A stretch of 64,000 nt of DNA from Halocafeteria seosinensis. Lineage: Eukaryota. Positions 1-13,000 of this stretch are shown here, one piece after another. The stretch's first letter is position 1, and each line of letters opens with the position of its first letter. The stretch lies in the NCBI GenBank assembly GCA_001687465.1, contig LVLI01000233.1, forward strand, positions 62,001 through 126,000, given 5' to 3'. Both the position numbers and the translations under genes were made by a program. The notes under the pieces are model-generated. The model ran no database searches, had not been told where the DNA came from, and was given only the letters and a program-made list of their open reading frames with translations.

Positions 1-3000
1 AATCAAAAGATTCTCTGCTGCTGCCGGTCTCTGTTAATTCAGTCACTAGCTCACGCTTCTCTTTGGCTTCATTCCTGGCGCGAAGACGTGCCCAGGCCAC
101 CGAAAAACGAAACAAACCAGCAAGACGGTTTTTGGGCTGCGTTTCCTTCTTGATGATTACATCAATTGAGCTGCTACCCGCTGCTGCAGCTTGACGCGGA
201 TTTCTGTCAGGGGTATTATTGCCGTCTGCCTCAGATGGCAGACTAAGTGCGGTGGGTAGCTGTCGGTTGTCTCTGGGAAACTCTGTTGCATGCCCACTTC
301 CGGCAACAAACGTGGTCTCAACGCCCTCCGCTTTTGGTCCTTCATTTCGTCTCTTTTCTGGTATGTTCTCAGAAAAAAGTACAGGTTTAGAGAGAAAACC
401 AATAGAAAAACTGTGGTAGGTCAATCGTGGTTTCGTAATGTCTACTTCTGCTGGTGCCCGCAAAATGCGCTCTGTACTTTGAGCATTTTCTTGCAGAGTT
501 TTGCCCCTCGATGAACCCTTAGGGAAAACATGTTGCTCACGAGGCAGTATTACCGATTGGCCGTTCTCCAAGTTCTGTATCCCATGGGGATGCCAAAGGA
601 ACGCCCTCGGGATGCCGAGGCTTGCTGAGGGGTTAATGTTGTTGCGCCATGACAATCTAAATTGCTTTACCTGTAGTTTTTGCTCTACATTACTTAGTTC
701 TGGAAGGCTTCGAAGACGAAGTTTTACATGATGTGATTTCCGATGATGGTTCCAACGGAGCACAAATGAGCGTGCGATGTCGAATCCTGCCCTGCCCGTT
801 ACTAGAAATTGGACATCATGATGAGGCTCTCTAGGGTATCTCCGTCTATCTACCACATCTTGATACGGTTCGTTGACGCAGTCTTCTTCCGCCTGACTGT
901 ACGGAGACTTGTAATCTAGCCCGACCCATGTACTGGAATCCTCGTCGAAGAGCCGATGCTTCCAGTTGTCCCAGCGCCCGATTAAGATATCAATACCTCC
1001 GATCATGGCCAATCGCTGGTCGACAACGCAGAATTTCTGATGGTGACTCCACTTAATGCTGTCGGTGGGGGTGTTTCCAACAAAGTGCTGAAGCTCTGGG
1101 TGGGTAATGAGCTGCAAGGAGGAGCGTTATGAAAACGATACAGCATAACACAAAAGCAATTACGAAAGCGAAATCTAAACCCACATGAATGTTCCTATGA
1201 TACTTTCGCATTCTCTTGTTGAAAACTGAACCCGGATAAATAGCATCTCTTAAGAATCCTACCTCAGACCACAGCAGAATATATACATGAACGCCTTCCG
1301 CGGCCTTGGAGATTAGCAAAGAGTCCAACCTGCACACAGACAAGTGTTGTCATACAGAACCCTACGGACGCATCTTAGCAACTTTGCAACGAACCTATCC
1401 CGTAAAGGATTCCGTCGTAAGTAGAAAAAATCAGAGAAAAACCATCCACTGATGAAGATGTCGTACTGAGCTTTACGGAAGAGATCCACAACAAAGTCAA
1501 AGTAAGCTTCTCCGTCAACTAATGGACAGACGGGCACATGGGGAGACCACGGTTGTGCAGGCAAGTACGGATTGTGTAGTCGGGAATCACCACTATATTC
1601 GTCGATATTGAAATGAGTCCAAATATTCTCAAACTGGGGGATATTCTCTCGATGTATGGTGAAAGTCTTGTCATCGTCGTCGTTGTCTCCTTCCAGTTCC
1701 AAAGAAAACCCCTGAGTCCCCTGACACGTCTGTTCCAGCAGCGCTCCGTATTGCGCTTGACGGTATTGGAACTCTATCTGGCTGTACAATTGAAAGCATT
1801 CCACGGGACTAGGACTAATCCCGGGATATTCCTCGTGTCCTTTTAGATCTTCAGTCGGAGATTCCACATGACTCTTCATTTCAGACTCTTCCTCTGACCA
1901 CGTGACGAAGCCTGTAAACAGACAGTATCCAGGAAACGAGGATTCCTGAGACGAAGAGGATGCCATAGAAAAAAAAGAACTCAGATCACACATGGGCCTA
2001 AAAGAAGGATGGTCGCGGCCATCTACTGCACTGGTAGCTGTCCCCAGATCAGGGACTAAATCCCCATTGTATCGCTTGTTAGTATAGGCTTCGGAAGTAC
2101 ACCAAACGCAATCCTCCAAATGATACCGAGATTTAACGGGGGCAAAGCTTCTCAGACAGCTCAAACATCTATGAATATAGCGCCTACAGTAGCCGCAGCT
2201 GTATAAATCCACTCCATCAGCAAATAAACGGCAACCATTAATGATCTCGTGCTGACAGTCGTGGCCACAAAATGAGCATAGACCATGAGGGTCTTTTAGC
2301 ACTCGCGGAGTTTCCCCAAAATGGTTAATATTAAATTCTTGCCTAGAGCTCTTATGGTGGGCTGCACACCTAACTTTGTTAAATCGAGTCCTTGAGCTGC
2401 AGAAGAAGCACTGTTGATTCCATTTTCCACAATTTTCACAAACCATGATGTCGCGATTCACAACCCCTTGTTCCACCAAAGCGTGATAAGAGTACTGAAA
2501 GCAATATGAACAATATGCTCTTTTCCAAGTCTGTTCCGCTAGCCTTGCTGCCAGCTTTGTTTCTGTTGCCTTAGGGGTCGCTGCGCCACCAAGCTCCCGT
2601 TGTTCCTCTTCATACCCATCATTCTGAGCCCTTGCTCGCAGAGATGCACAAGCCTGGCAAAAGCGGATTAGATGATTTCGTAATCCAAAGATACCTTTAC
2701 AGGAACGCTCGTCTTTTGCCCAATTCATAAAACCCGCCCTGCTGATGAACGGGCCACATGATCCAATCCAGTACATAGGCGAGTTTCCTAAGGCCAATCT
2801 TGTCCGTTCACTTCTGGAGTCGGTCTTGGATGTATGTTGCGAAGGAAAATTTGCGTCAAATTGGTCCAGCAAACTTTCTTGGTTATGAGTAGGGTATCCG
2901 AGTGATCCCGGCAGCTCGCGAATTAGGTGCAAGAGTCTGCTGCGGACAATGTGCAACGGAAGTATCGGCAACAACACCGCCTCATCGGAGTGAACGCTTT

Positions 3001-3898
3001 TCAGGCCACCATGGATCTCTAAGTCCTCCAACCCTTTAGCTTCGGACATGGCTACGTGAAGTTGTCTTGTTGACTGGTTCCTCTTTACAATGAGTTGAAC
3101 TTGCTCCTGATACCGAGGTGCGACGTAAACTAACACTTGATCAGGGAGTTCAGTTCGCTCGAACGCTGCGGATGCAACACCGAATATGAGGGAGCTAAGC
3201 ACTAACATGTGATCAGTCTGGTTATTGGAGATATTCAAACTCAAAAAGAGCAAGTACTGCTCTAGCGTTGGTTCTTTTCTTCCTCGCTTTTGGGTGGAGT
3301 CGGGCAGATTGTTTGAGTCTGGTTCAATTTCTTCCTGTAGGCGATCCAGCAGCGGAAGAGGGCTATTTCTAGACAAGGAAGAGCTATCCCGCAGCGCCGC
3401 ACAAACGCAAATGGCCTTAACCAAAATTTCAGGCAGGTGACCGTGCAGTGCATGCCGTACATCCTCTCGGCGATACGTCCTGTACAATTCCGAGTCTTGT
3501 GGCAGACCGACTCCCAACAACGGATTCACACATTCGGCATTCACGCATTTCGCTCGATTTGCGTCGACCTGGGTACCATTGCTAGTATCTGAGGTTTTCG
3601 AGCCGGGCGCTTGGGAGCTTGTATCCTCCAGGGTTTGGAAGGGGCTGGCATACCGGAAGAAGTGGTCAATCATTGCCAACAGCGCCGTACGTCCAAGCCC
3701 CGTGCGTTCCACCCATTCCAGCAGTGCCCCCCTCCGGATGTACAAGTGTGCATCTCCTCGCAACAGAGCCGATTTACCATTCTCGGTACTTTGTTGCGAA
3801 TTCGGCAGCGTATGGCGGTCCCTGGAAGAAGTCCTCTTTACGGAGCTGGGTGGGTGCGACGCGGTCGCCGCCTTCTCACGGCTGCTGCCGTTCCCCAT
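1..3898 (-). CDS. Phospholipase D (HKD family), multi-exon, 3' end runs off the window
   Basis: PLD motifs LVDGEAYF, AQYDIFISGWFFS..YLRR, LDSLLISKAAEGVHVYILLW, the first HKD motif WSHHQKFCVVD (~1020-1051), IGGID..GRWD and REPHHD..F.LRWNH. Inferred introns are 1330-1394 and 1112-1184. The frame appears open to position 1 in spot checks; a second HKD motif is not seen in the window. Confidence 0.9.
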
Positions 3899-4164
3899 TG
3901 CACGTTACGATGTCCCTCTCCGTCCTATCTCATGCATATCTTCAATTGAAACAAGAAAATGGGTCTGCCTTGCCGAAACAATTCATTAACCTTATGTAGC
4001 ACTCTATAAACAGTGTTGAAGTTGGAGGGGGATCAGTGAGTCATCCACCGCAGATGTCATGACAGGAAGCAACTAAGAACTTAGTCTAAGGGTACCTATA
4101 TTGACCGTAATGAAAAAACGGTGTATTCGTAGGGATTTTAATTTGGAGATACCGACGCGCACAG

Positions 4165-4990
4165 TTAATAGCCCCTTGGATTAAGATCTGCTTTCTTGAT
4201 TCTAGGAGCCTCCTTCTTAAATCGATTGAGAGCGTCTTTTTCTTCCTGTGTCATATCGCGCAGTACGACGGTAAGTCTACTATATCGTAATCTCTCTATT
4301 CCCATTCTAGCTGCGATTGGTTTTACCCCAGAAGACGCAGTTGGTCGTGAAAACATAGACGTTCACACCACCCATAGTTGCTTACCTCTGGCGTGGATAT
4401 TCGGTCGCTTAGGTTGTGGTCCGTCTTTTCCCACATATGCATTATGCACGAGCAAGTCGTCCGTGGATAGGTCATGGTAAAAATCAGCTTTTTGAGAGGC
4501 TCGTTTAATTGCCTGGCCAACAATTGCTCCTCTTCGTTTTTCTGAGAACCGCATTTGAGCGATGGCTTCATTGACTCCAAGTCCTCTTATCTGAAACTAC
4601 GTGAACACTCATGCGTGAAAATACAAGCGGCAACTAAAGATACCGTTGCATTATCAATATGGGACGTACCTGCCTGGCAAGTAAACTGAGTTTTTTCGTA
4701 TGTCCTTTAATCCTCCTTTTCACGTACCACGAGAGTTTAGACCCGGGGGGCGCTTCGATTTGCTCCTCCGGTTCCACCACTTCCTCTACTGTATATCCGC
4801 CGCTCGGTCCAGGAGGTTGTTGTTCTTGACTAAAAGTAGTCTCGTGGGGCCTCCGTTCGGTTGTAATCTTCCTATATGGAGTAGTATAACCCATTCCAGC
4901 TTGGGACACCCAAGCCGGTCGTACCGTGTTAAGCACATTTTTCGCTCCTCCTATCCTCCACCAACGAGTCAATGCGCTTCTAATCATCAT
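4165..4990 (-). CDS. MRPL22: Mitochondrial ribosomal protein uL22m
   Basis: Spliced product KKLSLLARQ|IRGLGVNEAIAQMRFSEK...NAYVGK...RPNIHAR.RMGI.RLRYSRLTVVLRD matches uL22 motifs. Arg/Ser-rich N-terminal presequence; two short introns. Confidence 0.85.
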
Positions 4991-5235
4991 TCTCAGCTAT
5001 ACCTTCCTCCCATGATATAATAATTCAATTCTAAACCTTTCCTTTTCCTTTGTGACCTGGTTAAGCCTGACAAGACGACAATCTTTTATCAGCTTCACTT
5101 CTGACACCACCTCGTTCCATTTCCATGTTCCATGGCTGTTAAACGTACACTCTGGTGGTATCAGCAGATTGTTTGTACCGAATTTCATTCATGGGCAACT
5201 GTTGGCTGTACGCGTAGAAATATCTGCTTGTGAAG

Positions 5236-8200
5236 ATGCTGCGAAAAAATTGCTCGTGCTCGTCGTCCACGTGGGCGCGATTTGCGCAGACGAGTCCAAT
5301 TCGCGCCTATAACCAGAGACTTCGACGTCCGCTGTCGTATGGACTTCGCTTGCTGAACACCAATTGTTCGGCACAAAACATCCACCATCAACCTGCAGGC
5401 ATCTTTTCGTCGCTATCGTCGATCTCCACGGCGCCCCAACTTCGAACGACAGGGAGCAATGAGGTGTTTGCTTCCTCACCTTTAGCAAGACATTCTTCCA
5501 CCATGTACTTTTCGTCTTCGTCCAACACAGGGGAAACAGAGGAAGCGGCTCCCAAAAAGGAGCAGCCAGAGGAAAGAATACTGGAAGGACAAGGTACGCT
5601 GGTACAACTTTCGACTTTATAGAATAATCGAATAAACTTTGTTCTGAAAATATGTGCAGCCGAGAAGCACTCCTTCCAAGCCGAGACGAAAGAATTGCTT
5701 AGCATTGTCACAAATGCCTTGTATACGGACCGCCACGTGTTTATTCGGTAAGTTCGTCTGTGTCTGAGGGAAGGCTTCGGTAGTACGCTTCACGTCTGTT
5801 TTCGGAAACAGAGAACTAATCTCAAACGCGGCCGACGCCGCTGAAAAGTTGCGCCATCGTCAGACTAGTGGCGAATCTGTGATCGACCCTTCGAAAGAAC
5901 TAGAGATTCGTATCGAGACAGATGAAGCTTCCGGGATGTTTTCTATCTACGATTCCGGCGTTGGGTTGGACCATGATGAACTGGTTGAGAATCTGGGCAC
6001 CATAGCGCATAGTGGCTCAAAGAAGTTTTTGGAAAAGTTGAAAGAACAAAAGAGTGCTAATGATATTAAATCCAATCTCATTGGTCAATTCGGCGTCGGT
6101 TTTTACTCGACGTTTATGGTAGCCGAGGAAGTAAAGGTGTATTCTTTGAGTGGTGATCCTGACAAAGCCAAAGCCCACATGTGGTATAGCAAAGGAGATG
6201 GAGCATACGAAATTTACCCTGCTGAAAACGTATCAAGAGGAACGAAAATTGTTGCTAAGCTAAAGGAAGATGCGAAGGAGTTTGCGAATGAAAAGACGGT
6301 AGAAGAGACTATCCAGAAATACTCCAATTACGTCAATTTTCCGATATATCTGAATGGGAGGAAAGTGAACTCCGTTCAAGCAGTTTGGGCACTCCCACCC
6401 TCGCAAGTAACCGACGAGATGTATAATGGTAAGGCACTCCGTAGAATTTTGCGGCAAACATTTGTGTGAATGAAGCCTGTCTTCTTTTACTGCAGAATTC
6501 TACAAATACAAGACCAAAGCGTGGGACAACCCTCTATACCGACTGCACTTCCAGTCGGACGCGCCAATTGACTTAAAGGCGTTATTCTTTGTACCAGAGA
6601 TGTCAGAGGTAGGTTGAATGTTTTGGTATCCTGTGATGTCTCTTCTTTTCCTTTTTACCGGCTGCAACCTTATATAAGTCTGCGCCACTATTTTACATTT
6701 GGTTTGGTGTGGAAGAGCCGGTTGCACATAGTAATTCGGGTGGTCACGGTCGGAAGCCGAGGCTTTCGCACTGTGTTTCGGTTATGGGTGTCACCCACAC
6801 TCATAATTGAGTCGACGCCATTCACATTAGGTCTTCTCTCTTTTGGAGTGATAATTCTTCTTATATTGTGCTTACGCAGGAGGGATTCGGACTTGGAAGA
6901 ATGAAAGCAGGCGTGGACTTATACTCCAAGCGGGTTCTTATCGAACCCGAGTCCAAGGTAATGCCCGAATGGCTAAGGTTTTTGAAAGGAGTTGTTGATA
7001 GCGAAGATCTCCCATTAAATATCAGTAGGGAAGGCATGCAAGATTCATCACTGCTACGACGCATTCGTTCGGTACTGACGAGGAAGGTTCTGCGTTTTCT
7101 CGAAGGTGAAATCAAGAATGACAGGCAAAAGTATGAGAAATTCTTTAATGAGTTTGGCACGTTGCTGAAAGAAGGAGCCTGCTCTGACCAAGCTTACCAA
7201 ACAGAAATTGCCAAATTGCTCCTATTCGAATCTTCTGCACTTCCAGCGGGGCAACTTACCACCCTCGATGAGTATATCAGTCGAAGCAAACCGGGTCAAA
7301 ACCAGATTTATTACCTGGTCGCTCCTCACCGTGGGCTTGCGGATGCGTCCCCCTACATGGAAGCATTTAAACCCAAAGATGGTGAAGAGGGTGACACGGA
7401 AGTCTTGTACCTGTATAACCCTATCGATGATTTTGTCATGAATAATTTGAACTCCTATAATGGACGAAAGCTGCTGACGATCGAATCTAGCGAGGCCAAA
7501 CCTGAAGAATCAAAAGACGATGAGAAGAAACCAGATAGCAAAGACGAGACAGAAAAGTCGGAAAAAGACGAAGCTGAAGGACAATCAGATCCTTTGGGTG
7601 CTCCGAAGAAACTGTCAAAGGCCATGATTAGCGAACTGAGTGATTGGCTTACCTCGGAAGCGTTACCCCAGAAACTGAAAGCGGTTAAATCGACTAACCG
7701 TCTTCGATCCTCTCCAGCAGTAATCACTGATCATGAGTCTAGTAGTTTGAGGAGGATGATGCGGATGATGGACGCTCAACAGAGGAAGGACAGCGAGAGT
7801 CCCCGCGCTGAAGATAACATGCTTCCGAAACAGACTCTGGAAATTAATCCAGATCACCCAATCATTCGTCGAATGTACTCGCTGATGCATACACAAACAG
7901 ATGTTGCACGATCTACGGCCGAGCAATTGTTCGACAATGCTATTATCGCAGCGGGCCTGATGGATGACCCGCGCGGAATGTTGCCTCGTTTGAACTCCAT
8001 GATGGAACAAATGCTAGGTGTGACTCTTGAACGAGATACCCTGAAAGGCAGTCACGAAAAGATTGTAATGGATAAGGACCCAGAAGGCCGCTCAAAGAGA
8101 CATGCAGATGACAAAGAAGTTGAGTTTGAAGCTACCAAGGAAGCTATTGATGACGCAATGGCTGACGAAGCAGTCAAGTCTAAAATTAACGAATCCCTAA

Positions 8201-8244
8201 ACAATTCGTCGGAAACTACTGACTATGTGCATGGAAAGAAGTAG
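5236..8244 (+). CDS. TRAP1: Mitochondrial HSP90 (TRAP1/HSP75)
   Basis: FQAETKELL.IV.NALYTDRHVFIRELISNA.DA.EKLRH, NLGTIAHSGSK, IGQFGVGFYS, GVVDSEDLPLNISRE and LEINPDHPII. Presequence-like N-terminus; no MEEVD or KDEL tail; multiple introns. Confidence 0.93.
6655..6830 (+). ncRNA. Candidate intronic H/ACA-like structured RNA within TRAP1 intron 6609-6879
   Basis: Hairpin 1 is tgcaacc(6663-69)/ggttgca(6720-26), followed by an ANANNA box atagta (6728-33). Hairpin 2 is gggtgg(6738-43)/ccattc(6818-23) with internal stems, then ACA (6824-26). Confidence 0.5.
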
Positions 8245-8308
8245 CTCGATATTTTAGAAGCGCCATGAATAGTATCCAGAAATACACAGTATATTGTTAC
8301 TTTTGCAC

Positions 8309-9744
8309 TTAGAGTGATGAACCACGACTACTCCTCTCGCGATGTTTAGAACTAGACCTTCGCCGCCCATGGCTCGATTTATGTCTCTTGGACTTGTGGC
8401 GTTTCCTGTCTTTGGAAGAGGAGCTGCTTGACTTGTCTCCGCAGCGTTTAGAATGTGATCTTCGTCTTTCGCCGTCGTGGTTATCCAAATGGCGACTAGC
8501 TCCAGAAGTAGCAGGCCTACTCGGGTCACCCAATAAATCTTTTGAATTGACGGAACTAGGTCCCCCGTAGTTATGCTTTTCTTTCATTTGCTGAATTAGT
8601 AGATCTTTGAGTCTACCACGGTCCAAGGATTCAGGAGCGGCCACGTTAGGAAACCGGTCCTCGGTTTGGGAGCTTGAGCTTGTATTCGGTAAATCACGTC
8701 CAGCATTGAGCCCCAGGGTACGGAGCTTTTCTTGTACTCTTTGTAGACTCTCCCGTGCCGTTTGATGGTTCTCGTTCAACCTCAAAGCTTGGGAGAGAAT
8801 CTGTTCGGATTCCTTTATCTCGCGGCGAAGTTCATATCTGCAAGACTTCGTTTCACCTGGCCGATTTGTCGCAAAGAGTTGCGATTGCGGTAAACTTACA
8901 CTTCTGCTTTTATCAAGTAAGCTTCGATGGTATCTTTCTCTAGCGCTAGTGCTTGGTCGCAACACTTGAGGGCTTCTTTGTAGTAGCCTTGCTCCAAAGC
9001 TTGCCGTGCTTTCTGGGTTCTGCGGAAAAAAGAAAGCTGGTGCCCACTTCGGTCCCAACAACGGTTATCACAATCCGCGGCTGACCTGTGTTGAGCCCAC
9101 TCGCGGGACTGAAGCACATAAAGAGTGTCGTAGCGCCATCGGTTGGTCGGGTTCTCGGTCCTTTCAGGTTCCTGCCGTGTATGAACGCTACTCATTCCTT
9201 CATTTTCGGCATCGATACCGCCGCTTGCAACAGGAAGTTTAGGCGACAAGTCATCCAGATTTCCGTGTAGCAAAGACCTATGTTCCTCCACTCCAAATGC
9301 GCGAAGCATGTTGACATACGATTTGGGATTCCTGAAGGCATTGTCGCGTGTCAACTGGTCAATGTACGCATTCCCCTGCACAGGAGCTCCTGCCGCCATC
9401 TCTTCCAAAGGCGGCAGAAATGAAAATGCATAAATTTCTTGATGGTCATCACCAGAATCGACATTCACTTCATGTCGAGTTTTGCTTCGAATCATTTCCT
9501 TCGTGAAGCCGCCGGGCACAGTTTGACACGACCCGTCAAATTTCATTTCTTGAGGCTCCCCGGACAGCAGAAACGAGGTATCTAATACGCCTACTCTGTA
9601 CAAGTACTGAGAAATCGTTCGTGTCACTATTTCCTTCGCGTCCGTATCAGTACCGCTTTCGCTTTCTCTGTGGACAGCAGCTGCTGATTCTTCCATCAAT
9701 GCCTCAATGGCATCGTCGACGTCCGTGATGGTCGGTGCAGTCAT
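8309..9744 (-). CDS. TTC14-like tetratricopeptide repeat protein
   Basis: YAFSFLPPLEEM, FRNP..V.ML..FGV, YDTL..LQS.EWA, TPR helices (YKEALKCCDQALALE..IEAYL) and a Lys/Arg/Ser-rich tail. Built from two overlapping ORFs (8896-9744 and 8309-9061) joined by inferred splicing. Confidence 0.65.
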
Positions 9745-10066
9745 CGTGGAGGGGCCACGTAGTCGAGATTAAGCGTGCACTCACTCATATATCCGTTACC
9801 GAGCGCGTGTACTACGGACAACAAAGGATGCCCATCAACAAAGTCACTGTTGTTGAATTCCTCTTTGCTGCTGCTTTGGATTCCTCCCGTATTGATTGAT
9901 TGCAAAGAAGGAAGCGTCAAACATTTCGTCTACTTACTAAACGGTCGTGAACTTCAACTTCAACATGAGAGATCAACATACTATCCAGAGCACCCTTATA
10001 AGCCCGTTTCGTAGTGAATTCGGGCGTTTGTGCCATTGCCTTGTACCTGCACGACGAGCAGTTAAG

Positions 10067-13000
10067 ATGTCGTTGTCCTCGGTTTCGAAGGAGACCCCTA
10101 AAACGGATGGAAAGGGAGGTATGCCGAAGGCATTGAGCGCCGTTGCGGTGTCGATCCCGCGACCTTCGCCCTTCTTTCAACATACCGCTCTGTGCGAATG
10201 CGTCATTCATTACCTCCGAAATGGACCCATGGAAAACGAAGAGTCGCTCAGGGAGGTACGTTGCGTGGTCGATAGTTCAGGCTTGCTTCCGATCGTGTGG
10301 AAGACAGGGCCGACTACACACGACAAGTGTGAATTCCATGTATTATGCAGTTTATGCAAGATTGCCACACATTATGTGAGGAAAAATCGAAGGAGAACCA
10401 GCAAGATCATCTGAGGGATCCGCAATCGTTAGAACAGACCCTACAAAGCATCCATCGATTCAGCAAAGTGATACGTCCAACCGAGTCTACCGTCTGTCAA
10501 GGAAGCAACAAACGCCAGGATGGATTGACTACGGTAAGCTAGGAAAAAATTGTTTCAGAGGCCGTTTCTGGGTCGTTAGATTGGCGTTGTACTTCTCTCA
10601 GGTAAAATCTCTCTTTTCAAAGGAATTATACTTTACAAGCGTTCACAAGGAGGGCCATTTCAGGGCGATAGTACTCAAACGGGGTCACAGGTCGGCTCTT
10701 GTCATCTTCCCTTCGGACTTTTCCGAAAAGAAGATAACGCATGTCTTTTATCCAGGAGAAAGCACAAGTAGCGATGGCAGCAATGCTGAAAAGAATACGC
10801 GACCAAGTTATGCGTCGTTCGAAGGTCTGCGTAACTGTCAGGAACATTTACTTCGACTGTTTGGTGTCATAGGAGCTGGAATGTCTCATGACGATCTGGT
10901 AGATCCCTCCGAATTTAAAGCGACTGTGTTAAGGCGCAATAAGCGCCAAGCAAAAAAGAAGACGGATGAACCATCACCTAGACTGGAAAGAAGAAAAGAT
11001 ACCGATGCTCTTACCGACTCTCCAAACAGGGAAGATTCATCGGCATTTACACCCAGGAACAAAGCCCCTCCGGCACTGAAATCCGAGCAACCTGCTGAGA
11101 CCGGAAAAAGTCCTCAAACAGGAAGTATCGTTGCAGATGAACAGCAACAGCATCGTCCCATCAATTCGACACCCCGGACCTCTGGAGAAGCGCACGCGGA
11201 CCAGGATGACACGGTGAGAGATGATAAAAATAAGGAAGTGAAATCTGAGGGACAAGGGTTGAACCCTCGTGCCGCTGGATTAATTCACGAGTTGTTTAGT
11301 AGCGAGGTTAAATATGTTAAGTATCTACAGGAACTACAGTATAGTTACTCCTTGCAATTGTCACCTACTTCAGGAGCCCTTGAAGGTGGGAAGGACTCTG
11401 ATCGAAACCAGAACTTGTCGCCTCCCGAACATAGGCTCTTGTTCTCTGACGTCCCCAAACTCTTGGAAGCTCATGAAAGCCTTGAGGATTCGTTGCATGG
11501 AAGCGTTTTTGGTAGCGAACTCGCTGATGTTAGTACCGAAGATCTTTGCTCCCCCGAATACGCGAAATGTGTCCAGCTTGGAAGTACTGCTGACGTAATG
11601 GAGACATTCGCAAGAAGGCATGGACATCTCTATGAGCAATACATAGGCTATAGTTCACTTATAATATCGATGGTGAGATGGTTCCAAGCGAGACGCGCAA
11701 AGCTCTATGCTACCATCCAAAATCTTGCTCAGTCAGCAACTTCCCAGTCCTTGGAGTCACTAATAATGATGCCTGTTCAACGAATTCCACGGTACCTACT
11801 GTTGCTGAAGGATTTAAACCGAAAATTACCAGGCAGCTCTCCCGCGCGGAGTGCGCTTCAAAAGGCTATCCATGAGTTCGACAGGGTTACAAGAAATGGC
11901 GAGGCCAAGTCTACGGAAATGCTCCATCACTGTGCTCTTCTGGGTGTTGAGGCTCGTCTGAGGCCCCCTCCAGTTCCCTCTTTTACGGAGATAGATGAGA
12001 ATAAGCTGCTCTTCGAAGGTTACGTAAATAAGGTAAGCCTCACTCTATAATTATTTAGAACCCGTGAGACGATGGCTATCACATGTTCGGGTATGTCTTA
12101 CAGTTTGGTCGAAATCGGAAAAGCAAGACATACTACTGCTTCGTTACAAACGGCCAATTCATTTACGGGTCGCCCCAGAAGTATATGTTTGCAAGGAGAC
12201 GGAGCAGTAATTTTGGAACCGACTTGGATGCACACTCCCGACTCAAAGCTGATATATTTCTGACTGAGATGAAGGCAATGCACCCAGCAATTAGTGGCCG
12301 TTCTACAGCCTTATCCGATGATTTAGTTGCCCAGCGAAATTGCATCACTGTATATAACGTGTTCGACTTTGCAAACCACAAATGGCTGGGGGCTGAATTC
12401 AAGTTGGACCAGCTTCCGGACGAAGTTGCGTCTTTGTCCCGAGATCCCAAATGGAAGCACTGTTTTTACATTCGCGGCTCTCCTAAGAGTTTCGTATTCA
12501 GAGCTGCTGACCCACAGGACCGAAAGGTTTGCAAGGAAGCCCTAGAGACAGCGATCTTGCAGAGGCCTGACACTGTTGAACTCCCGCCTGATGATGTGGA
12601 AGACGAAAGCGACTATGAAGCAGATTCGGATGCTGAAGGCAAGCCAGCAGACGGGGAACCCTTACAAACCAAACCTAAACCCACTAAGCAGGAGGATGCC
12701 GGAAGGGAGTCTTTAGAATTTGAGTTACAACAGAAACGACAACACCTACAGAGACGACACAAGACGGCTACTGGTGAAAGCAGAAGCACCGTACACAGAA
12801 ACGCTCAAACAGCTCTGAAAACAATACTGCGGAAAGATGACGAAGGCAAGAATGGACACGTAAATTCTGCAGATGCCCAAGATGCAGCTCAAAACAATGG
12901 AGCGCAAAGTTCTCAAGATGCACAAGCACCAGCAGAAGCGACATCGTCATTGCCTGTCTCGAGTGCAGGAGCAGTGTCGTATGATGACGCTCCAGACCAA

